64,000 nucleotides of DNA from Candidatus Desulfarcum epimagneticum (GCA_900659855.1 CAACVI010000045.1:60985-124984), one strand, 5' to 3'; shown: positions 1 through 16,200, counted from the first letter of the stretch. Program-made: numbers and translations. The notes: a model not told the origin generated them from the sequence alone.

Positions 1-469
1 CCACCGCGATGTTCAAGCCCTTGATTTTGTCGATTTTATCGTAATCGATTTCAGGAAAAATGATATGCTCCCGGATCCCTAAGGAATAGTTTCCATTGCC
101 GTCCATCCCCTTCGGGGAAACGCCCCTGAAATCCCGGACCCGGGGCAGGGCGATATTGACGAGCTTATAATAAAAGTCGTACATGCGCCCGCGTCTGAGG
201 GTGGTCATGCATCCGATGGGCATGCCTTCCCTGAGCTTAAAAGCGGCGATGGATTTTTTGGCCCGGGTGATGACGGGCTTCTGTCCCGATATCAGCCTCA
301 GCTCCTTGACGGCTGACTCCAGGATTTTGATATTGTTGATGGCTTCCCCAACGCCCATGTTCACCACGATTTTGTCCAGCCTGGGGATCTCCATGACATT
401 TTGATAGTTAAAGCGCTCCGTCAGTTTGGGGGCGACTTCTTTTTGGTAGTTTGACTTCAGTTGTGACAT
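1..469 (-). CDS. rplE: 50S ribosomal protein L5 (C-terminal part runs off the window)
   Basis: Manual reverse-strand translation from ATG at 469-467 gives [37 protein letters not shown]..., typical L5. It follows rplX in spc operon order. Confidence 0.9.
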   Translation of the reverse strand, partial: MSQLKSNYQKEVAPKLTERFNYQNVMEIPRLDKIVVNMGVGEAINNIKILESAVKELRLISGQKPVITRAKKSIAAFKLREGMPIGCMTTLRRGRMYDFYYKLVNIALPRVRDFRGVSPKGMDGNGNYSLGIREHIIFPEIDYDKIDKIKGLNIAV

Positions 470-492
470 TGCGGTCCTCCGGCATGAAACGC

Positions 493-825
493 CTATTTGT
501 CGATTATCTCATCGCAGTTTTTGCACACTCTCTTTTTTTTGCCGTCCTCCAGGCGCAGCATCTTCACACGGGAGGGCTTCATGCACTTGTCGCACATCAA
601 CATTATATTCGATAAATGGATCGGCGCCTCAATTTCGACGATTTCCCCTGGCCTGTCCTTTGCCCGGGATTTTGAATGTCGTTTGACAATATTGATTTTT
701 TCAACAAGGGCGCTGTCCTTTTTTTTGATCACCTTCAGAACCTTGCCGATCTTGCCGCTGTCCTTGCCGGTGAGAATTTTGACCTTGTCGTCTTTTTTAA
801 TATGATAAGTGCTGTTGTGAAACAT
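493..825 (-). CDS. rplX: 50S ribosomal protein L24 (Cys-rich C-terminus, CxxC...CxxC)
   Basis: ORF 493..840. KOW-type sequence [25 protein letters not shown]. Start moved to the second ATG (825) because the first ATG lies inside the GGAGAG Shine-Dalgarno sequence. Confidence 0.9.
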   Translation of the reverse strand: MFHNSTYHIKKDDKVKILTGKDSGKIGKVLKVIKKKDSALVEKINIVKRHSKSRAKDRPGEIVEIEAPIHLSNIMLMCDKCMKPSRVKMLRLEDGKKKRVCKNCDEIIDK

Positions 826-944
826 AAAGCGGCTCTCCAAAACTTAAGGCGATGAAACGCCCTGAAAAATAATTTGCCCGCGGCCACGGCTCTCTCCGGG
901 GGAAAGGATCAAACGGGGGAAGGCCCCCGCGCCCAGGCAAAGCG

Positions 945-1313
945 TTATAAAACCTCCGGGGCCAGGGAAATGATTTTCATGAACCGTTTGGCCCGCAGCT
1001 CCCGCGCCACCGGGCCGAATATTCTCGTGCCGATGGGCTCTTTGGCGGTCGAGATCAAAACCGCCGAATTGTCGTCAAATCGTATGTATGAGCCGTCCGG
1101 TCTTTTGATCTCTTTTTTGGTCCTGACCACCACAGCCTTCAAGACATCCCCTTTTTTTACTTTCGCGTTGGGAATGGCCTCTTTCACGCTTACCACAATG
1201 ATATCCCCGACGCCCGCGTAACGCCTTTTCGAGCCCCCGAGCACCTTAATGCAATACAAGACCTTCGCGCCGGAATTGTCCGCGACGGTCAATCTGGTCT
1301 CTGCCTGGATCAT
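945..1313 (-). CDS. rplN: 50S ribosomal protein L14
   Basis: [17 protein letters not shown]... is a canonical L14 N-terminus, 122 aa. Confidence 0.95.
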   Translation of the reverse strand: MIQAETRLTVADNSGAKVLYCIKVLGGSKRRYAGVGDIIVVSVKEAIPNAKVKKGDVLKAVVVRTKKEIKRPDGSYIRFDDNSAVLISTAKEPIGTRIFGPVARELRAKRFMKIISLAPEVL

Positions 1314-1332
1314 CTTTTATATTCCCCTGGAA

Positions 1333-1590
1333 TCAAACCGCTTTTTCAACAATTTCGCTGACCCGCCATCTTTTCTTTTTGCTGACGGGTCTTGACTCGG
1401 TGATCCGAACTTTATCGCCGATTCCGCAAATGTTGTTCTCGTCATGGGCCGCGTATTTGGCCCGTCGTTTGACATATTTATGATAGGTTTTGTGTTTCAT
1501 CAACCGCTCAACCAGAACGATGGCTGTTTTGTCCATTTTGTTGCTCAAAACCGTCCCGACGACCTGCCTCTTTGTTCGCTGCTTTTCCAT
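1333..1590 (-). CDS. rpsQ: 30S ribosomal protein S17
   Basis: 85 aa. Sequence and position between rpmC and rplN fit S17. Confidence 0.9.
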   Translation of the reverse strand: MEKQRTKRQVVGTVLSNKMDKTAIVLVERLMKHKTYHKYVKRRAKYAAHDENNICGIGDKVRITESRPVSKKKRWRVSEIVEKAV

Positions 1591-1596
1591 AATCGT

Positions 1597-1782
1597 TTAC
1601 GATTCTTGCCTTATGATGGTTTTTATTCTGGCGATGTCGCGCTTGACATGAGACATCTGCTTGGGATTTTCCAACTGCCCGATTTCATGTTGAAAGCGCA
1701 AGTTAAACAACTCCTGCTTGAGCGAATGGATTTTTTTTTCCCGTTCCTCCGGGCTCATTTCTTTGATTTCAGCCGGTTTCAT
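1597..1782 (-). CDS. rpmC: 50S ribosomal protein L29
   Basis: 61 aa helical protein. 4-nt overlap with the rplP stop. S10 operon order. Confidence 0.9.
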   Translation of the reverse strand: MKPAEIKEMSPEEREKKIHSLKQELFNLRFQHEIGQLENPKQMSHVKRDIARIKTIIRQES

Positions 1783-2195
1783 GACAGATCGCTCCTTTCC
1801 ACAAACTTGGTTTTCACGGAAAGCTTGTGCGAGGCAAGGCGCATGGCCTCCTTGGCGACGTCTTTGTCCACCCCTTCAATTTCATACAGAATCCTGCCGG
1901 GGCGAACCACAGCCACCCACCCTTCCGGGGCTCCCTTTCCCTTTCCCATTCGAACTTCAACCGGTTTTTTGGTGTAGGGTTTGTCCGGGAAAATCCGTAT
2001 CCATATTTTACCGCCTCGTTTGGCGTGTCGGGTCATGGCGATACGGGCGGCTTCAATCTGCCTTGAATTGATTCTCCCGCACTCCATGGCCTGCAAACCG
2101 TATTTGCCGAAATTCAAATTTTGTCCCCGGCGCGCCAGACCTTTCATCCTTCCGGTCTGCTGCTTGCGAAACTTGACTTTTTTGGGGCTGAGCAT
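1779..2195 (-). CDS. rplP: 50S ribosomal protein L16
   Basis: [19 protein letters not shown]... is a canonical L16. Confidence 0.95.
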   Translation of the reverse strand: MLSPKKVKFRKQQTGRMKGLARRGQNLNFGKYGLQAMECGRINSRQIEAARIAMTRHAKRGGKIWIRIFPDKPYTKKPVEVRMGKGKGAPEGWVAVVRPGRILYEIEGVDKDVAKEAMRLASHKLSVKTKFVERSDLS

Positions 2196-2231
2196 CGAAT
2201 CATTCTCCTGTTTTTTAACTCAAAGCCGGAG

Positions 2232-2882
2232 CTATCCCGCCTTGCCATGATCTTTTTTTAATATCTCGCCTTTGAAAACAAACACCTTCACCCCGACGAT
2301 TCCATAGGTGGTTCGGGCCTCGTAAAAGCCGTAATCAATATCCGCCCGAAGGGTGTGAAGGGGAACCTGGCCTTCCATGTACCACTCCCGCCGGGCCATC
2401 TCCGCCCCGCCCAGACGGCCGGAGCATATGATTTTAACGCCCTTGGCGCCGAACTTCATGGCCGATGAGACCGCGCGCTTCATGGCCCGTCTGAAGGCCA
2501 CCCGCCGCACCATCTGCGTGGCCACATTTTCCGCCACGAGCTGGGCGTCGATCTCGGGTTTCCGGACCTCCTGGATATCGATGAACACTTCCCTGCCGGG
2601 GATCTTTTTTTCAATATCTATCTTGAACTTCGCGATTTCAGAGCCTTTCTTCCCGATCACAATTCCCGGTCTTGAAGTGAAAATGATCAGTTTGACGCGT
2701 TTGGAGGACCGTTCAATTTCAATCCGGGAGATGCCGGCGTGGCTGAAACGCTCTTTGACAAAATTCCGAATTTTGAAATCTTCCAGTATGTAATCGGCGT
2801 AGTCGTTTCCCGCGTACCATCGGGATTCCCAAGTTTTGACAATCCCCAACCTTAATCCAATCGGATTTACTTTCTGACCCAA
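2232..2882 (-). CDS. rpsC: 30S ribosomal protein S3
   Basis: [14 protein letters not shown]... is a canonical S3 with KH domain. Confidence 0.95.
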   Translation of the reverse strand: MGQKVNPIGLRLGIVKTWESRWYAGNDYADYILEDFKIRNFVKERFSHAGISRIEIERSSKRVKLIIFTSRPGIVIGKKGSEIAKFKIDIEKKIPGREVFIDIQEVRKPEIDAQLVAENVATQMVRRVAFRRAMKRAVSSAMKFGAKGVKIICSGRLGGAEMARREWYMEGQVPLHTLRADIDYGFYEARTTYGIVGVKVFVFKGEILKKDHGKAG

Positions 2883-2894
2883 GCTCTTCCTCCT

Positions 2895-3236
2895 TTATTG
2901 CGTAGAATCATCGGCTAAAACAACGGTTATATGAGACGTCCGCTTTAATATCCGGGTTCCCCTTCCCCGGGCCCTGGCTTTAAACCGTTTCAACGTCGGT
3001 CCCTGGTCCGCCACGATGTTTTTAATCACAAGGGTGTCTATATCGGCCCCGTGATTGGCGTCGGCGTTGGCCGCCGCGCTTCGGATCAGCTTTTCAACGA
3101 TTCCGGCGGCTTTCTGGGGCATAAACGACAGGATATCCAAACCGTTTTCCACCGGCCGGCCCTTGACGGCGCCGATAAGTCTATGAACCTTCTGAGCGGA
3201 AATCCTCACATACCGCCCGACAGCTTTATACTCCAT
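2895..3236 (-). CDS. rplV: 50S ribosomal protein L22
   Basis: 113 aa, L22-like, correct operon position. Confidence 0.9.
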   Translation of the reverse strand: MEYKAVGRYVRISAQKVHRLIGAVKGRPVENGLDILSFMPQKAAGIVEKLIRSAAANADANHGADIDTLVIKNIVADQGPTLKRFKARARGRGTRILKRTSHITVVLADDSTQ

Positions 3237-3290
3237 GGTCTGTATTCCTTATTCGATTTTCACGCGCGCGTTCTTTCGTTTTTTCAGCGC

Positions 3291-3575
3291 CTATTTTCTC
3301 AATTTGCTTTTTTTGTCGCCCGCATGACCGTAAAACACCCGTGTCGGCGAAAATTCACCCAGTTTGTGGCCCACCATATTTTCGGACACAAACACAGGAA
3401 TGAATTTTTTCCCATTGTGCACGGCCAGGGTGAGCCCCACCATCTCCGGGATGATTGTGGATCTTCTGGACCAGGTTTTGATGATCGCATGGGCGCCGCT
3501 GGATTCCTGCGACGCAAAAACCTTTTTTAACAACTTCGGATCAACATAAGGACCTTTTTTCAGCGAACGTGGCAT
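3291..3575 (-). CDS. rpsS: 30S ribosomal protein S19
   Basis: [18 protein letters not shown]... is a canonical S19. Confidence 0.95.
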   Translation of the reverse strand: MPRSLKKGPYVDPKLLKKVFASQESSGAHAIIKTWSRRSTIIPEMVGLTLAVHNGKKFIPVFVSENMVGHKLGEFSPTRVFYGHAGDKKSKLRK

Positions 3576-3595
3576 AGACTCTCCTGAATCGTCGG

Positions 3596-4423
3596 CTATT
3601 TCTTAGCGCGTCTTTTGACAATGTATTTTTCAGTCTTTTTGTTTTTTCTTGTCCGGTATCCCTTGGTGGGTTTTCCCCAGGGACTGCATGGATGACGGCC
3701 TCCGGAAGACCGGCCCTCGCCGCCGCCCATGGGATGGTCCACAGGGTTCATGGCCACGCCCCTGACCTTGGGGCGTCTACCCAGCCAGCGTTTTCGCCCC
3801 GCTTTTCCCAGGGAAATATTCTCATGCATGACATTGCCCAGCTGCCCGATGGTGGCGCTGCATTTCAGATGAACCATTCGCACCTCGCCCGAGGGGAGCT
3901 TCACCAGGGCGTAATTGTTTTCCTTGGCCATGAGCTGCGCGAAAGTCCCGGCGCTTCTGACAATCTGCCCCCCCTTGCCCAGACGCAACTCAACATTGTG
4001 AATGCTGGTTCCCAAAGGGATATTGGACAAAGGAAGGGAATTGCCCGGTTTGATGTCCGCCTCCGGCCCAGCCATGACCATGTCTCCCACCGACAGCTTC
4101 AAAGGAGCCAGGATATATCTTTTCTCGCCGTCCGCGTAATGCAGAAGGGCGATCCTGGCGCTCCGGTTGGGATCGTATTCAATGGAGGCCACTTTGGCCG
4201 GGACGCCGGTCTTGTCCCGTTTAAAATCGATGATCCGGTAGTTTCGTTTATGCCCCCCGCCCCGGTGCCGGCAGGTGACCCGTCCATTTGAATTCCGACC
4301 GCCTTTTTTTCTCAACGCCCGAACCAGACTTTTCTCAGGCTTGGTCCGGGTGATCTCTTCAAAAGTGGAATACACCTGAAAACGTCTTCCCGGAGAAGTG
4401 GGTTTTACTCTTTTCAGCGCCAT
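3596..4423 (-). CDS. rplB: 50S ribosomal protein L2
   Basis: ORF 3596..4462. Start set at the internal ATG giving [17 protein letters not shown], the canonical L2 N-terminus. Confidence 0.93.
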   Translation of the reverse strand: MALKRVKPTSPGRRFQVYSTFEEITRTKPEKSLVRALRKKGGRNSNGRVTCRHRGGGHKRNYRIIDFKRDKTGVPAKVASIEYDPNRSARIALLHYADGEKRYILAPLKLSVGDMVMAGPEADIKPGNSLPLSNIPLGTSIHNVELRLGKGGQIVRSAGTFAQLMAKENNYALVKLPSGEVRMVHLKCSATIGQLGNVMHENISLGKAGRKRWLGRRPKVRGVAMNPVDHPMGGGEGRSSGGRHPCSPWGKPTKGYRTRKNKKTEKYIVKRRAKK

Positions 4424-4492
4424 TTTCGTCCCCATTATGCGTGGCCCCGCCTTTTTGGGCATCGGCCTTTTTTACGTCGAAATCGTTTGTTT

Positions 4493-4780
4493 TTAAACGC
4501 CTTCAAAAAATTCTATTCTCTCGCCGGGCAGGATGGACACCACCGCTTTTTTCCAGTCTTTGCGTTTGCCCATGATCTGGCCCCGCCGCTTGATCTTTCC
4601 CTTTCCCCGGGATGTCCTCACGCCGGTCACGCTGACCTTGAAAATTTCCTCCACCGCCTGTTTGATCTGGACCCTGTTCGCGTCCCGGCTCACTTCAAAC
4701 ACAAACTGATTGTGCTTTTCTTTCTGCAAGTTGGACTTTTCCGTGATCAGCGGCCGTTTAATAATGTCGTAGGCGTTCAT
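4493..4780 (-). CDS. rplW: 50S ribosomal protein L23
   Basis: 95 aa, L23-like. 4-nt overlap with the rplD stop. Confidence 0.9.
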   Translation of the reverse strand: MNAYDIIKRPLITEKSNLQKEKHNQFVFEVSRDANRVQIKQAVEEIFKVSVTGVRTSRGKGKIKRRGQIMGKRKDWKKAVVSILPGERIEFFEGV

Positions 4781-5400
4781 CGGATCAGCCTCCCTTCGAT
4801 CTGTTTGATGGCCGGCTCGACCAGAATCAACGTGTCGTACTTTAAAATATCGTAAACGTTGAGCCCGGCGGTTTCAATCACCTTCGTCCCTGGAACATTT
4901 CGGGATGAAAGATCGAGTTTTTCATCCCGGCCGTCTGAAACCAGCAGGGAATTTTTCGCCCCGAGCCGATCCAGGATGTCGGCGAAATCCTTTGTCTTCA
5001 CCCGATCAAGCTTCATCTGATCGATCACCAGAAGCTTTTTTTCCTCCAGTTTGCAGGTCAGGGCCATTTTCATGGCCAGCGCCCTGACTTTCTTGGGGGT
5101 CCGCTGGGCGTAAGATCTGGGGCTGGGGCCAAAGATCACCCCCCCGCCTCTCAGAAGAGGAGATTTGATGTCTCCCCGCCTGGCCCTTCCCATGCCCTTT
5201 TGTCTGAAAAGCTTCGCGCCGCTTCCCTTCACATCGGAGCGCCTTTTCACCGCCGCCGTCCCCGCGCGCTTTCCCGCCAGCTGCATGGTGACGACTTCAT
5301 GAAGAACGCTCTTTTTGACAGGCACATTGAAAATCAGATCCGAAAGCTCAACCTGCGAAACCTTTTCCCCATCGGTGTTATGAACATCTGCGACAGCCAT
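4777..5400 (-). CDS. rplD: 50S ribosomal protein L4
   Basis: 207 aa with [20 protein letters not shown], an L4 signature. Confidence 0.93.
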   Translation of the reverse strand: MAVADVHNTDGEKVSQVELSDLIFNVPVKKSVLHEVVTMQLAGKRAGTAAVKRRSDVKGSGAKLFRQKGMGRARRGDIKSPLLRGGGVIFGPSPRSYAQRTPKKVRALAMKMALTCKLEEKKLLVIDQMKLDRVKTKDFADILDRLGAKNSLLVSDGRDEKLDLSSRNVPGTKVIETAGLNVYDILKYDTLILVEPAIKQIEGRLIR

Positions 5401-5461
5401 ATTTTTCCCTGTAGTCTTGATTTTAAAATAAAACGCTTTTAATGTCTTTTAAACGAGATCT

Positions 5462-6106
5462 TTATCCGACGGAAGGTTTGGAGGCCCCGCCTTTTTCAAT
5501 GGTGACGATTCCGGTTCTAAAACCCGGGACAGCCCCTTTGATCATGATCAGGTTCTCTTCCGGCCTGATGTCGACGACCTCCAGGTTTTTGATGGTTTTC
5601 CGGTCGTTTCCATATTGACCGGGAAGCCGTTTCCCCTTGATGACCTTCCCGGGCCAGGCGCTGCACCCGATGGAGCCGGGAATCCGGTGGCTTCTGCTGC
5701 CGTGGGTTTTTCGCCCGCCGCTGAATCCATGCCGTTTCATGACACCGGAAAACCCTCTTCCCTTGCTGGTCCCGATGACATTCACCAACTCGCCCACCTT
5801 GAACGCGTCCAGCCCCAAGGTCTGGCCGAGTTTGTAGTCCCCGGGATTTTCAACTCTGAATTCTTTTAAAACGGCGCATGTCTCCCGGCCGCTTTTTTTC
5901 AGATGGCCCTGTATGGGCTTGTTGACGCGGGATCTCTTTTTATCGCCGAAACCCAGCTGCAAAGCGTCATAACCGTCTTTTTCAGTTGTTTTGATCTGTG
6001 TGACGACACAGGGCCCGGCCTCTATGACCGTGACGGGGACGTATTCTCCGCCGTCCGAAAAAAAGCCCATCATTCCCACTTTCTTTCCAATTAATCCACG
6101 AGACAT
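5462..6106 (-). CDS. rplC: 50S ribosomal protein L3
   Basis: ORF 5462..6160 would overlap rpsJ. The internal ATG gives MSRGLIGKKVGM, the canonical L3 start. Confidence 0.92.
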   Translation of the reverse strand: MSRGLIGKKVGMMGFFSDGGEYVPVTVIEAGPCVVTQIKTTEKDGYDALQLGFGDKKRSRVNKPIQGHLKKSGRETCAVLKEFRVENPGDYKLGQTLGLDAFKVGELVNVIGTSKGRGFSGVMKRHGFSGGRKTHGSRSHRIPGSIGCSAWPGKVIKGKRLPGQYGNDRKTIKNLEVVDIRPEENLIMIKGAVPGFRTGIVTIEKGGASKPSVG

Positions 6107-6140
6107 ATTTTGATTTCCTGCAAGCGCCCAAAGGCCCTGG

Positions 6141-6452
6141 TTATAATTTAATTTCGACATCCACTCCCTGGGAAAGATCCAGTTTCATCAACGCGTCCAC
6201 CGTCTGCTGAGTCGGCTCCATAATATCCAGAAGTCTTTTATGGGTCCTGATCTCAAACTGTTCCCGGGATTTCTTGTCAATGTGCGGAGACCTCAAAACA
6301 CAATACTTGTTGATGCGGGTCGGAAGAGGTATGGGCCCCACAACCTTCGCCCCGGTTTTGAGGGCCGTGTCCGCTATGTCCGTAGCCGATTGATCCAAGA
6401 GCCTGGGGTCATAGGCCTTGAGCCTGATTCTTATTTTGGTGTTGGCTATCAT
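6141..6452 (-). CDS. rpsJ: 30S ribosomal protein S10
   Basis: 103 aa, [16 protein letters not shown] is an S10 signature. Confidence 0.95.
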   Translation of the reverse strand: MIANTKIRIRLKAYDPRLLDQSATDIADTALKTGAKVVGPIPLPTRINKYCVLRSPHIDKKSREQFEIRTHKRLLDIMEPTQQTVDALMKLDLSQGVDVEIKL

Positions 6453-6511
6453 TTATCTCGTCTTTCCCATGTGTGCCTGTTTTTGATTTTTATCCTGTCG
6501 GCCGACCTTAA

Positions 6512-7717
6512 AAGAAGGTCCTATTCAATGACTTCGCTCACCACTCCGGCCCCGACGGTTCTTCCGCCCTCGCGGATGGCGAACCGGACCTCCTTCTCCA
6601 TGGCGATGGGGGTGATCAGCTCCGCCGATATGCTCACATTATCGCCGGGCATCACCATCTCCACTCCCTCGGGCAATGTCAAAATACCCGTCACATCCGT
6701 GGTCCTGAAATAAAACTGGGGACGGTAGCCGCTGAAAAAAGGCGTGTGACGCCCGCCCTCGTCCTTGCTTAATATATACACCTCCGCCTTGAACTTCGTG
6801 TGAGGCGTGATGGTCCCGGGCTCCGCCACCACCTGGCCGCGCTCCACCTCGTCACGCTTGGTCCCGCGAAGCAGCACACCGATGTTGTCGCCCGCCTGAC
6901 CCTCGTCCAGAAGCTTGCGGAACATCTCCACTCCCGTGCACACCGTCTTGGTGGTCTCACGAATCCCCACCACCTCGATGCTGTCGCTCACATGGATAAT
7001 CCCGCGCTCCACACGGCCCGTCACCACTGTGCCGCGGCCCGAAATGCTGAACACGTCCTCAATGGGCATCAAAAACGGCTTGTCCACATCCCGCTCAGGC
7101 TCGGGAATAAAAGAGTCGATGGCCGCCATCAGGTCAAACACCGGCTTGGCCTCATCGCTGCCCGGATCGTCGCTCTCCAGGGCCTTCAAAGCGCTGCCGT
7201 GAATGATCGGCGTGTCGTCCCCGGGAAACTCATACTTGTCCAGAAGCTCCCGAAGCTCCAGCTCCACCAGCTCAATCAGCTCCTCGTCGTCCACCATGTC
7301 GCATTTGTTCAAAAACACCACGATGCGGGGAACGCCCACCTGACGCGCCAGAAGAATGTGCTCCCGGGTCTGCGGCATGGGGCCGTCGTCCGCCCCCACC
7401 ACCAGAATCGCCCCGTCCATCTGGGCCGCCCCGGTGATCATGTTCTTGATATAGTCGGCGTGGCCCGGACAGTCCACATGGGCGTAATGCCGGGTGTCGG
7501 TCTCGTACTCCACATGCGCCGTGGCGATGGTGATCCCGCGCTCCTTCTCCTCGGGAGCCTTGTCAATCTGATCAAAAGGAACAAAATCCGCCATGCCCTT
7601 GAGTCCCATATGCTTGGTGATAGCGGCCGTCAACGTCGTCTTCCCATGGTCAATGTGGCCAATGGTCCCCACATTCACATGGGGCTTCGTCCGCTCAAAC
7701 TTTTCCTTCGCCATCTT
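6512..7717. repeat. About 1.2 kb direct repeat (tuf copy 1), apparently identical to 21486..22691
   Basis: The sense translation and several alternative-frame and antisense ORF translations in the track are identical between the two loci. Flanks diverge just outside the CDS. Confidence 0.85.
6521..7714 (-). CDS. tuf: Elongation factor Tu, copy 1 (397 aa)
   Basis: [28 protein letters not shown]... The long ORF 6521..8110 is an in-frame upstream read-through overlapping rpsG. The true ATG is at 7714. Confidence 0.97.
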   Translation of the reverse strand: MAKEKFERTKPHVNVGTIGHIDHGKTTLTAAITKHMGLKGMADFVPFDQIDKAPEEKERGITIATAHVEYETDTRHYAHVDCPGHADYIKNMITGAAQMDGAILVVGADDGPMPQTREHILLARQVGVPRIVVFLNKCDMVDDEELIELVELELRELLDKYEFPGDDTPIIHGSALKALESDDPGSDEAKPVFDLMAAIDSFIPEPERDVDKPFLMPIEDVFSISGRGTVVTGRVERGIIHVSDSIEVVGIRETTKTVCTGVEMFRKLLDEGQAGDNIGVLLRGTKRDEVERGQVVAEPGTITPHTKFKAEVYILSKDEGGRHTPFFSGYRPQFYFRTTDVTGILTLPEGVEMVMPGDNVSISAELITPIAMEKEVRFAIREGGRTVGAGVVSEVIE

Positions 7718-7856
7718 CATATCCTCCCTATGCGGATGAGCCGCCGGAATCATCGGCCGTCTCAAACTCACAAATGAAGTTAAACAATAATATGTGAAAC
7801 AAACGCGGCGAAATAAACGATTCGTTTTCTTTTTCGCCGTTTTTATCCGGTCTTTC

Positions 7857-8327
7857 CTACCACCGGTAATGGGCGAAGGCCTTGTTGGCCTCGGCCATTT
7901 TATGGGTGTCTTCTTTCTTCTTGATGGAAGAGCCCTTGTTGCCGGAGGCGTCCAGAAGCTCCCCGGCCAGTTTGTTGGCCATGCTTTTTTCAGAGCGCTT
8001 GCGGGCGAAATCAATGATCCACCGGATGCCCAAAGCCGTCCGGCGGGACGGGCGTATTTCCGTGGGGACCTGATACGTGGAGCCTCCCACGCGCCTGGAT
8101 TTGACCTCAATCACCGGTTTGACATTCTCAATGGCCTTTTCAAAAATGACCAGGGGGGAGTCATTGGTTTTTTCCCCTATAATATCAAACGCGCGGTATA
8201 AAATCAATTCGGCGACGCTTTTTTTTCCATCCCGCATCACTGATTTGATGAATTTTGAAACCAGCCGGCTGTTGTATTTGGGATCCGGAATTTCCTGCCT
8301 ATGGGGCACTTCTCGTCTTCTGGGCAT
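7857..8327 (-). CDS. rpsG: 30S ribosomal protein S7
   Basis: [27 protein letters not shown]... is a canonical S7. Confidence 0.95.
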   Translation of the reverse strand: MPRRREVPHRQEIPDPKYNSRLVSKFIKSVMRDGKKSVAELILYRAFDIIGEKTNDSPLVIFEKAIENVKPVIEVKSRRVGGSTYQVPTEIRPSRRTALGIRWIIDFARKRSEKSMANKLAGELLDASGNKGSSIKKKEDTHKMAEANKAFAHYRW

Positions 8328-8373
8328 ATCTCACACCATTTCTTCGTCTTCTTGAATCCGTGTTTAAAAAAAT

Positions 8374-8745
8374 CTATTTCGGTTTTTTCGCGCCGTATTT
8401 TGACCGGCCCTGTTTCCGTTCCTCGACGCCGAGGGTGTCGAGCGTGCCCCTGACAATGTGATACCGAACGCCGGGAAGGTCTTTCACACGGCCTCCCCTG
8501 ACCAGGACAACAGAGTGCTCCTGAAGATTATGGCCGATGCCGGGGATGTAGGCCGTCACTTCCATACCCGTCGTGAGCCGAACCCTGGCCACCTTTCTCA
8601 GGGCGGAGTTGGGCTTCTTGGGGGTGGAGGTGTACACACGGGTGCAGACTCCCCGTTTCTGGGGCGCGCCTTTCAAAGCGGGGGTGTTGGTCTTTTTCTC
8701 CGCCCTTTTTCTCCCTTTTCTCACCAGTTGATTGATTGTAGGCAT
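8374..8745 (-). CDS. rpsL: 30S ribosomal protein S12
   Basis: [13 protein letters not shown]... is a canonical S12. Confidence 0.96.
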   Translation of the reverse strand: MPTINQLVRKGRKRAEKKTNTPALKGAPQKRGVCTRVYTSTPKKPNSALRKVARVRLTTGMEVTAYIPGIGHNLQEHSVVLVRGGRVKDLPGVRYHIVRGTLDTLGVEERKQGRSKYGAKKPK

Positions 8746-8843
8746 ACTCTCCTCATCTCATTGTTGGGCTTTGGTTCTCTCTACCGCAAAAGATTATAAA
8801 CGTTATATTTATGCTGGAAAAAAGTCAAGCTTTTTTTCAAAAA

Positions 8844-13226
<4,383 letters not shown>

Positions 13227-13230
13227 CTTT

Positions 13231-16200
13231 TTACCTGCTTTTGCTTTCCAGAAGGTTGAGGCTCAAACCAAGGCTCTGAAGCTCCTTGATCAAAACCTTG
13301 AACGATTCGGGGAGACCGGGCTCCAGAACGTTCTGGCCTTTCACAATCTTTTCATACATCCGGGTTCTTCCGGCCATGTCGTCGGACTTGACGGTCAAAA
13401 ACTCCTGCAGCGCGTAGGCCGCGCCGTATCCCTCCATGGCCCAGACCTCCATCTCCCCCAGCCTCTGACCGCCGAACTGGGCTTTTCCGCCAAGGGGCTG
13501 CTGGGTCACCAGGGAATAGGGGCCGATGGACCGGGCATGGATCTTGTCGTCCACGAGGTGGTGAAGCTTGAGTATGTACATGGTTCCCACCGTGATTTTT
13601 TCATCAAAAGGCTGCCCGGTGCGCCCGTCGCACAGGGTGGTCTGCCCGGTGGTCTCAACGCCCGCCTCTTCCAGAAGATTTTTGATCTCAGGCTCCTTGG
13701 CGCCGTCAAAAACCGGGGTGGCCATGAAAACCCCGTCTTTGTAATCCGTTGAAGCCTGGGCGAGCTGTTCGTCGCTGAGACGGTCGATTCCGCTGTTTTG
13801 GTCCTCGGAGGAAAAAATGCGTTTGAATTTTTCCCGAAGCGCGTCAAACTTGCCGGCCTGGGCCAGGGCGCTGATCTGATCGCCCAGAAGTTTGGCGGCC
13901 CGCCCCAGGTGAACCTCCAGTATCTGGCCCACGTTCATTCGCGACGGAACGCCCAGGGGGTTGAGCACCACGTCCACCGGCTCTCCATTTTCAAAATAAG
14001 GCATGTCTTCCTGGGGAAGAATGCGGGACACGACGCCCTTGTTGCCATGACGCCCCGCCATTTTGTCCCCGACGGAAAGCTTGCGTTTCATAGCGACATA
14101 GACCTTGACCATTTTGATGACGCCGGGAGGAAGGTCGTCTCCTTTGGAAAAGCGCTCCACGTGTTTGGAGAATGCCGCCTGGCAGACGTCCAGATGCTTT
14201 TTATACAAACGGATCACCTCGAAAACGCCTTCGGCGTCTTCCCCGGACTCCATCGCGATATCATCAAAGACCGTGACCGGAACGCTTCGAATGACCTCGG
14301 CCCGAATCTCCTCCCCCTGCCCGACGACGGTTTTTCCCTTATAAAGAAGGGGCGAAAGGGCTTTTTTGCCCGAAAGAATTTTTTCCAGCCGTCTTCGGGC
14401 CATCTCCGTGATGACTTTGATCTCGTCGTCCCGGTCCTTTCCAAAGGCGTCAATTTCCTGGGCTTCGATCTCAAGGGTCCGGTCATCCTTTTCCGCGCCT
14501 CGCCGGGTGAAGACCTTGGCGTCAATGACAATGCCCTCCACACCTGGCGGCACTCGCAAAGAAGCGTCTTTCACTTCCCCCGCCTTTTCGCCGAATATGG
14601 CCCGAAGCAGCTTTTCCTCGGGCGAAAGCTGGGTCTCTCCCTTGGGGGTGATCTTTCCGATGAGTATGTCGCCGGGTTTGACATCCGCTCCCAGGCGGAT
14701 GATGCCGCTTTCATCCAGGTCTTTGAGCGCCTCGTCCCCCACATTGGGGATGTCCCGGGTGATCTCTTCCCGGCCGAGCTTGGTGTCCCGGGCCACCATT
14801 TCAAACTCTTCGATCTGGCCCGAGGTGTACACCCCGTCCCGGACCAGCCTCTCGCTGACCAGGATGGAGTCCTCAAAATTATAGCCGCCCCAGGGCATGA
14901 AGGCCACGGTGACGTTCTGGCCCAGCGCCAGCTCGCCCCTGTCCGTGGCCGGGCCGTCGGCGATGACCTCGCCGGCTTTGACCTTCTGCCCTTCCGCCAC
15001 CACGGGGCGCTGGTTGACGCATGTGTTTTGATTGGAGCGCATGAATTTGGTCAGGTTATAAATGGTGACCAGGCTCTCCATGTCATCTCCCCCGTCTTCG
15101 GGATCATGCTCCACCACAATCCGGGAGGCGTCCACGCTGGCCACCGTCCCGTCCCGACGCGCGACCACCGTGACTCCGGAGTCCCGGGCCACCACGCCTT
15201 CCATGCCGGTGCCCACCACCGGCGCGCTGGCCACCATCAAAGGCACCGCCTGCCGCTGCATGTTGGAGCCCATCAGCGCCCGGTTGGCGTCGTCATTTTC
15301 CAGAAACGGGATCAGGGAGGCGGACACGCTCACCAGCTGGTTGGGAGAGATATCCATAAACTCGATCTCCTCCCGCTTGACGATCATCAGCTCCCCTTCC
15401 ACCCGGGAGGTCACCAGCTCGTTTTGGTATTTCCGGTCTTCGTCCAGGGGCGCGTTGGCCTGGGCGATGGGATGGGATTTTTCCTCAAAGGCGCTTAAAA
15501 ACTTCACCTCGGGGGTGACCGTGGAATCCTTGACCACGCTGAACGGCGTTTCAATGAAACCGTAGTCATTCACCCGGGCGTAGGTGCTTAAAGAAACGAT
15601 GAGCCCGATGTTGGGGCCCTCAGGGGTCTCAATGGGGCATATCCGGCCATAATGGGAGGGATGAACGTCCCGGACTTCAAATCCGGCCCTTTCCCGGGTG
15701 AGCCCCCCGGGTCCCAAAGCCGACAGGCGCCTTTTGTGGGTGGTTTCAGACAGGGGATTGGTCTGATCCATAAACTGGGACAGCTGGCTGGTTCCGAAAA
15801 ACTCCTTGACCACCGCCGATACCGGCTTGGGGTTCAGCAGGTCATGGGGCATGAGCGCGTCCACTTCCTGAAGGCTCATCCGCTCTTTGATGGCCCGCTC
15901 CATGCGCACCAGACCGATTCGATACTGGTTTTCAAGCAGCTCCCCCACAGCCCGGACCCGCCGGTTTCCCAGGTGATCGATGTCGTCCACCGCCCCCTGG
16001 GTGTCCCGTATGTCCACCAGGGTCTTGGCGGCGAGAAGGATGTCTTCTTTTCTTAAAATCCTCAGATCGCCGGCCGAGTTGATCCCCAGCCGCAGGTTCA
16101 TTTTCAGGCGGCCCACGCTTGACAGATCGTAATAGGACGATTTGAAAAACATGTGATCCAGAAAGTCCCTGGCGACCTCGGGGGTCACCGGGTTTCCGGG

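Noticed and set aside
7785-7800. parS-like half site GTGAAACA near 7791
   Set aside because: Only one half of the TGTTTCACGTGAAACA palindrome is present, and it lies 33 kb from parAB. I could not find a full parS by eye, so a proper pattern search is needed before any claim.
7715-8110. N-terminal extension of the tuf ORF (529-aa version), and likewise 22689..22895 for copy 2
   Set aside because: The extension overlaps rpsG (copy 1) or tRNA-Thr (copy 2), differs completely between the two otherwise identical copies, and precedes the canonical [12 protein letters not shown] start.
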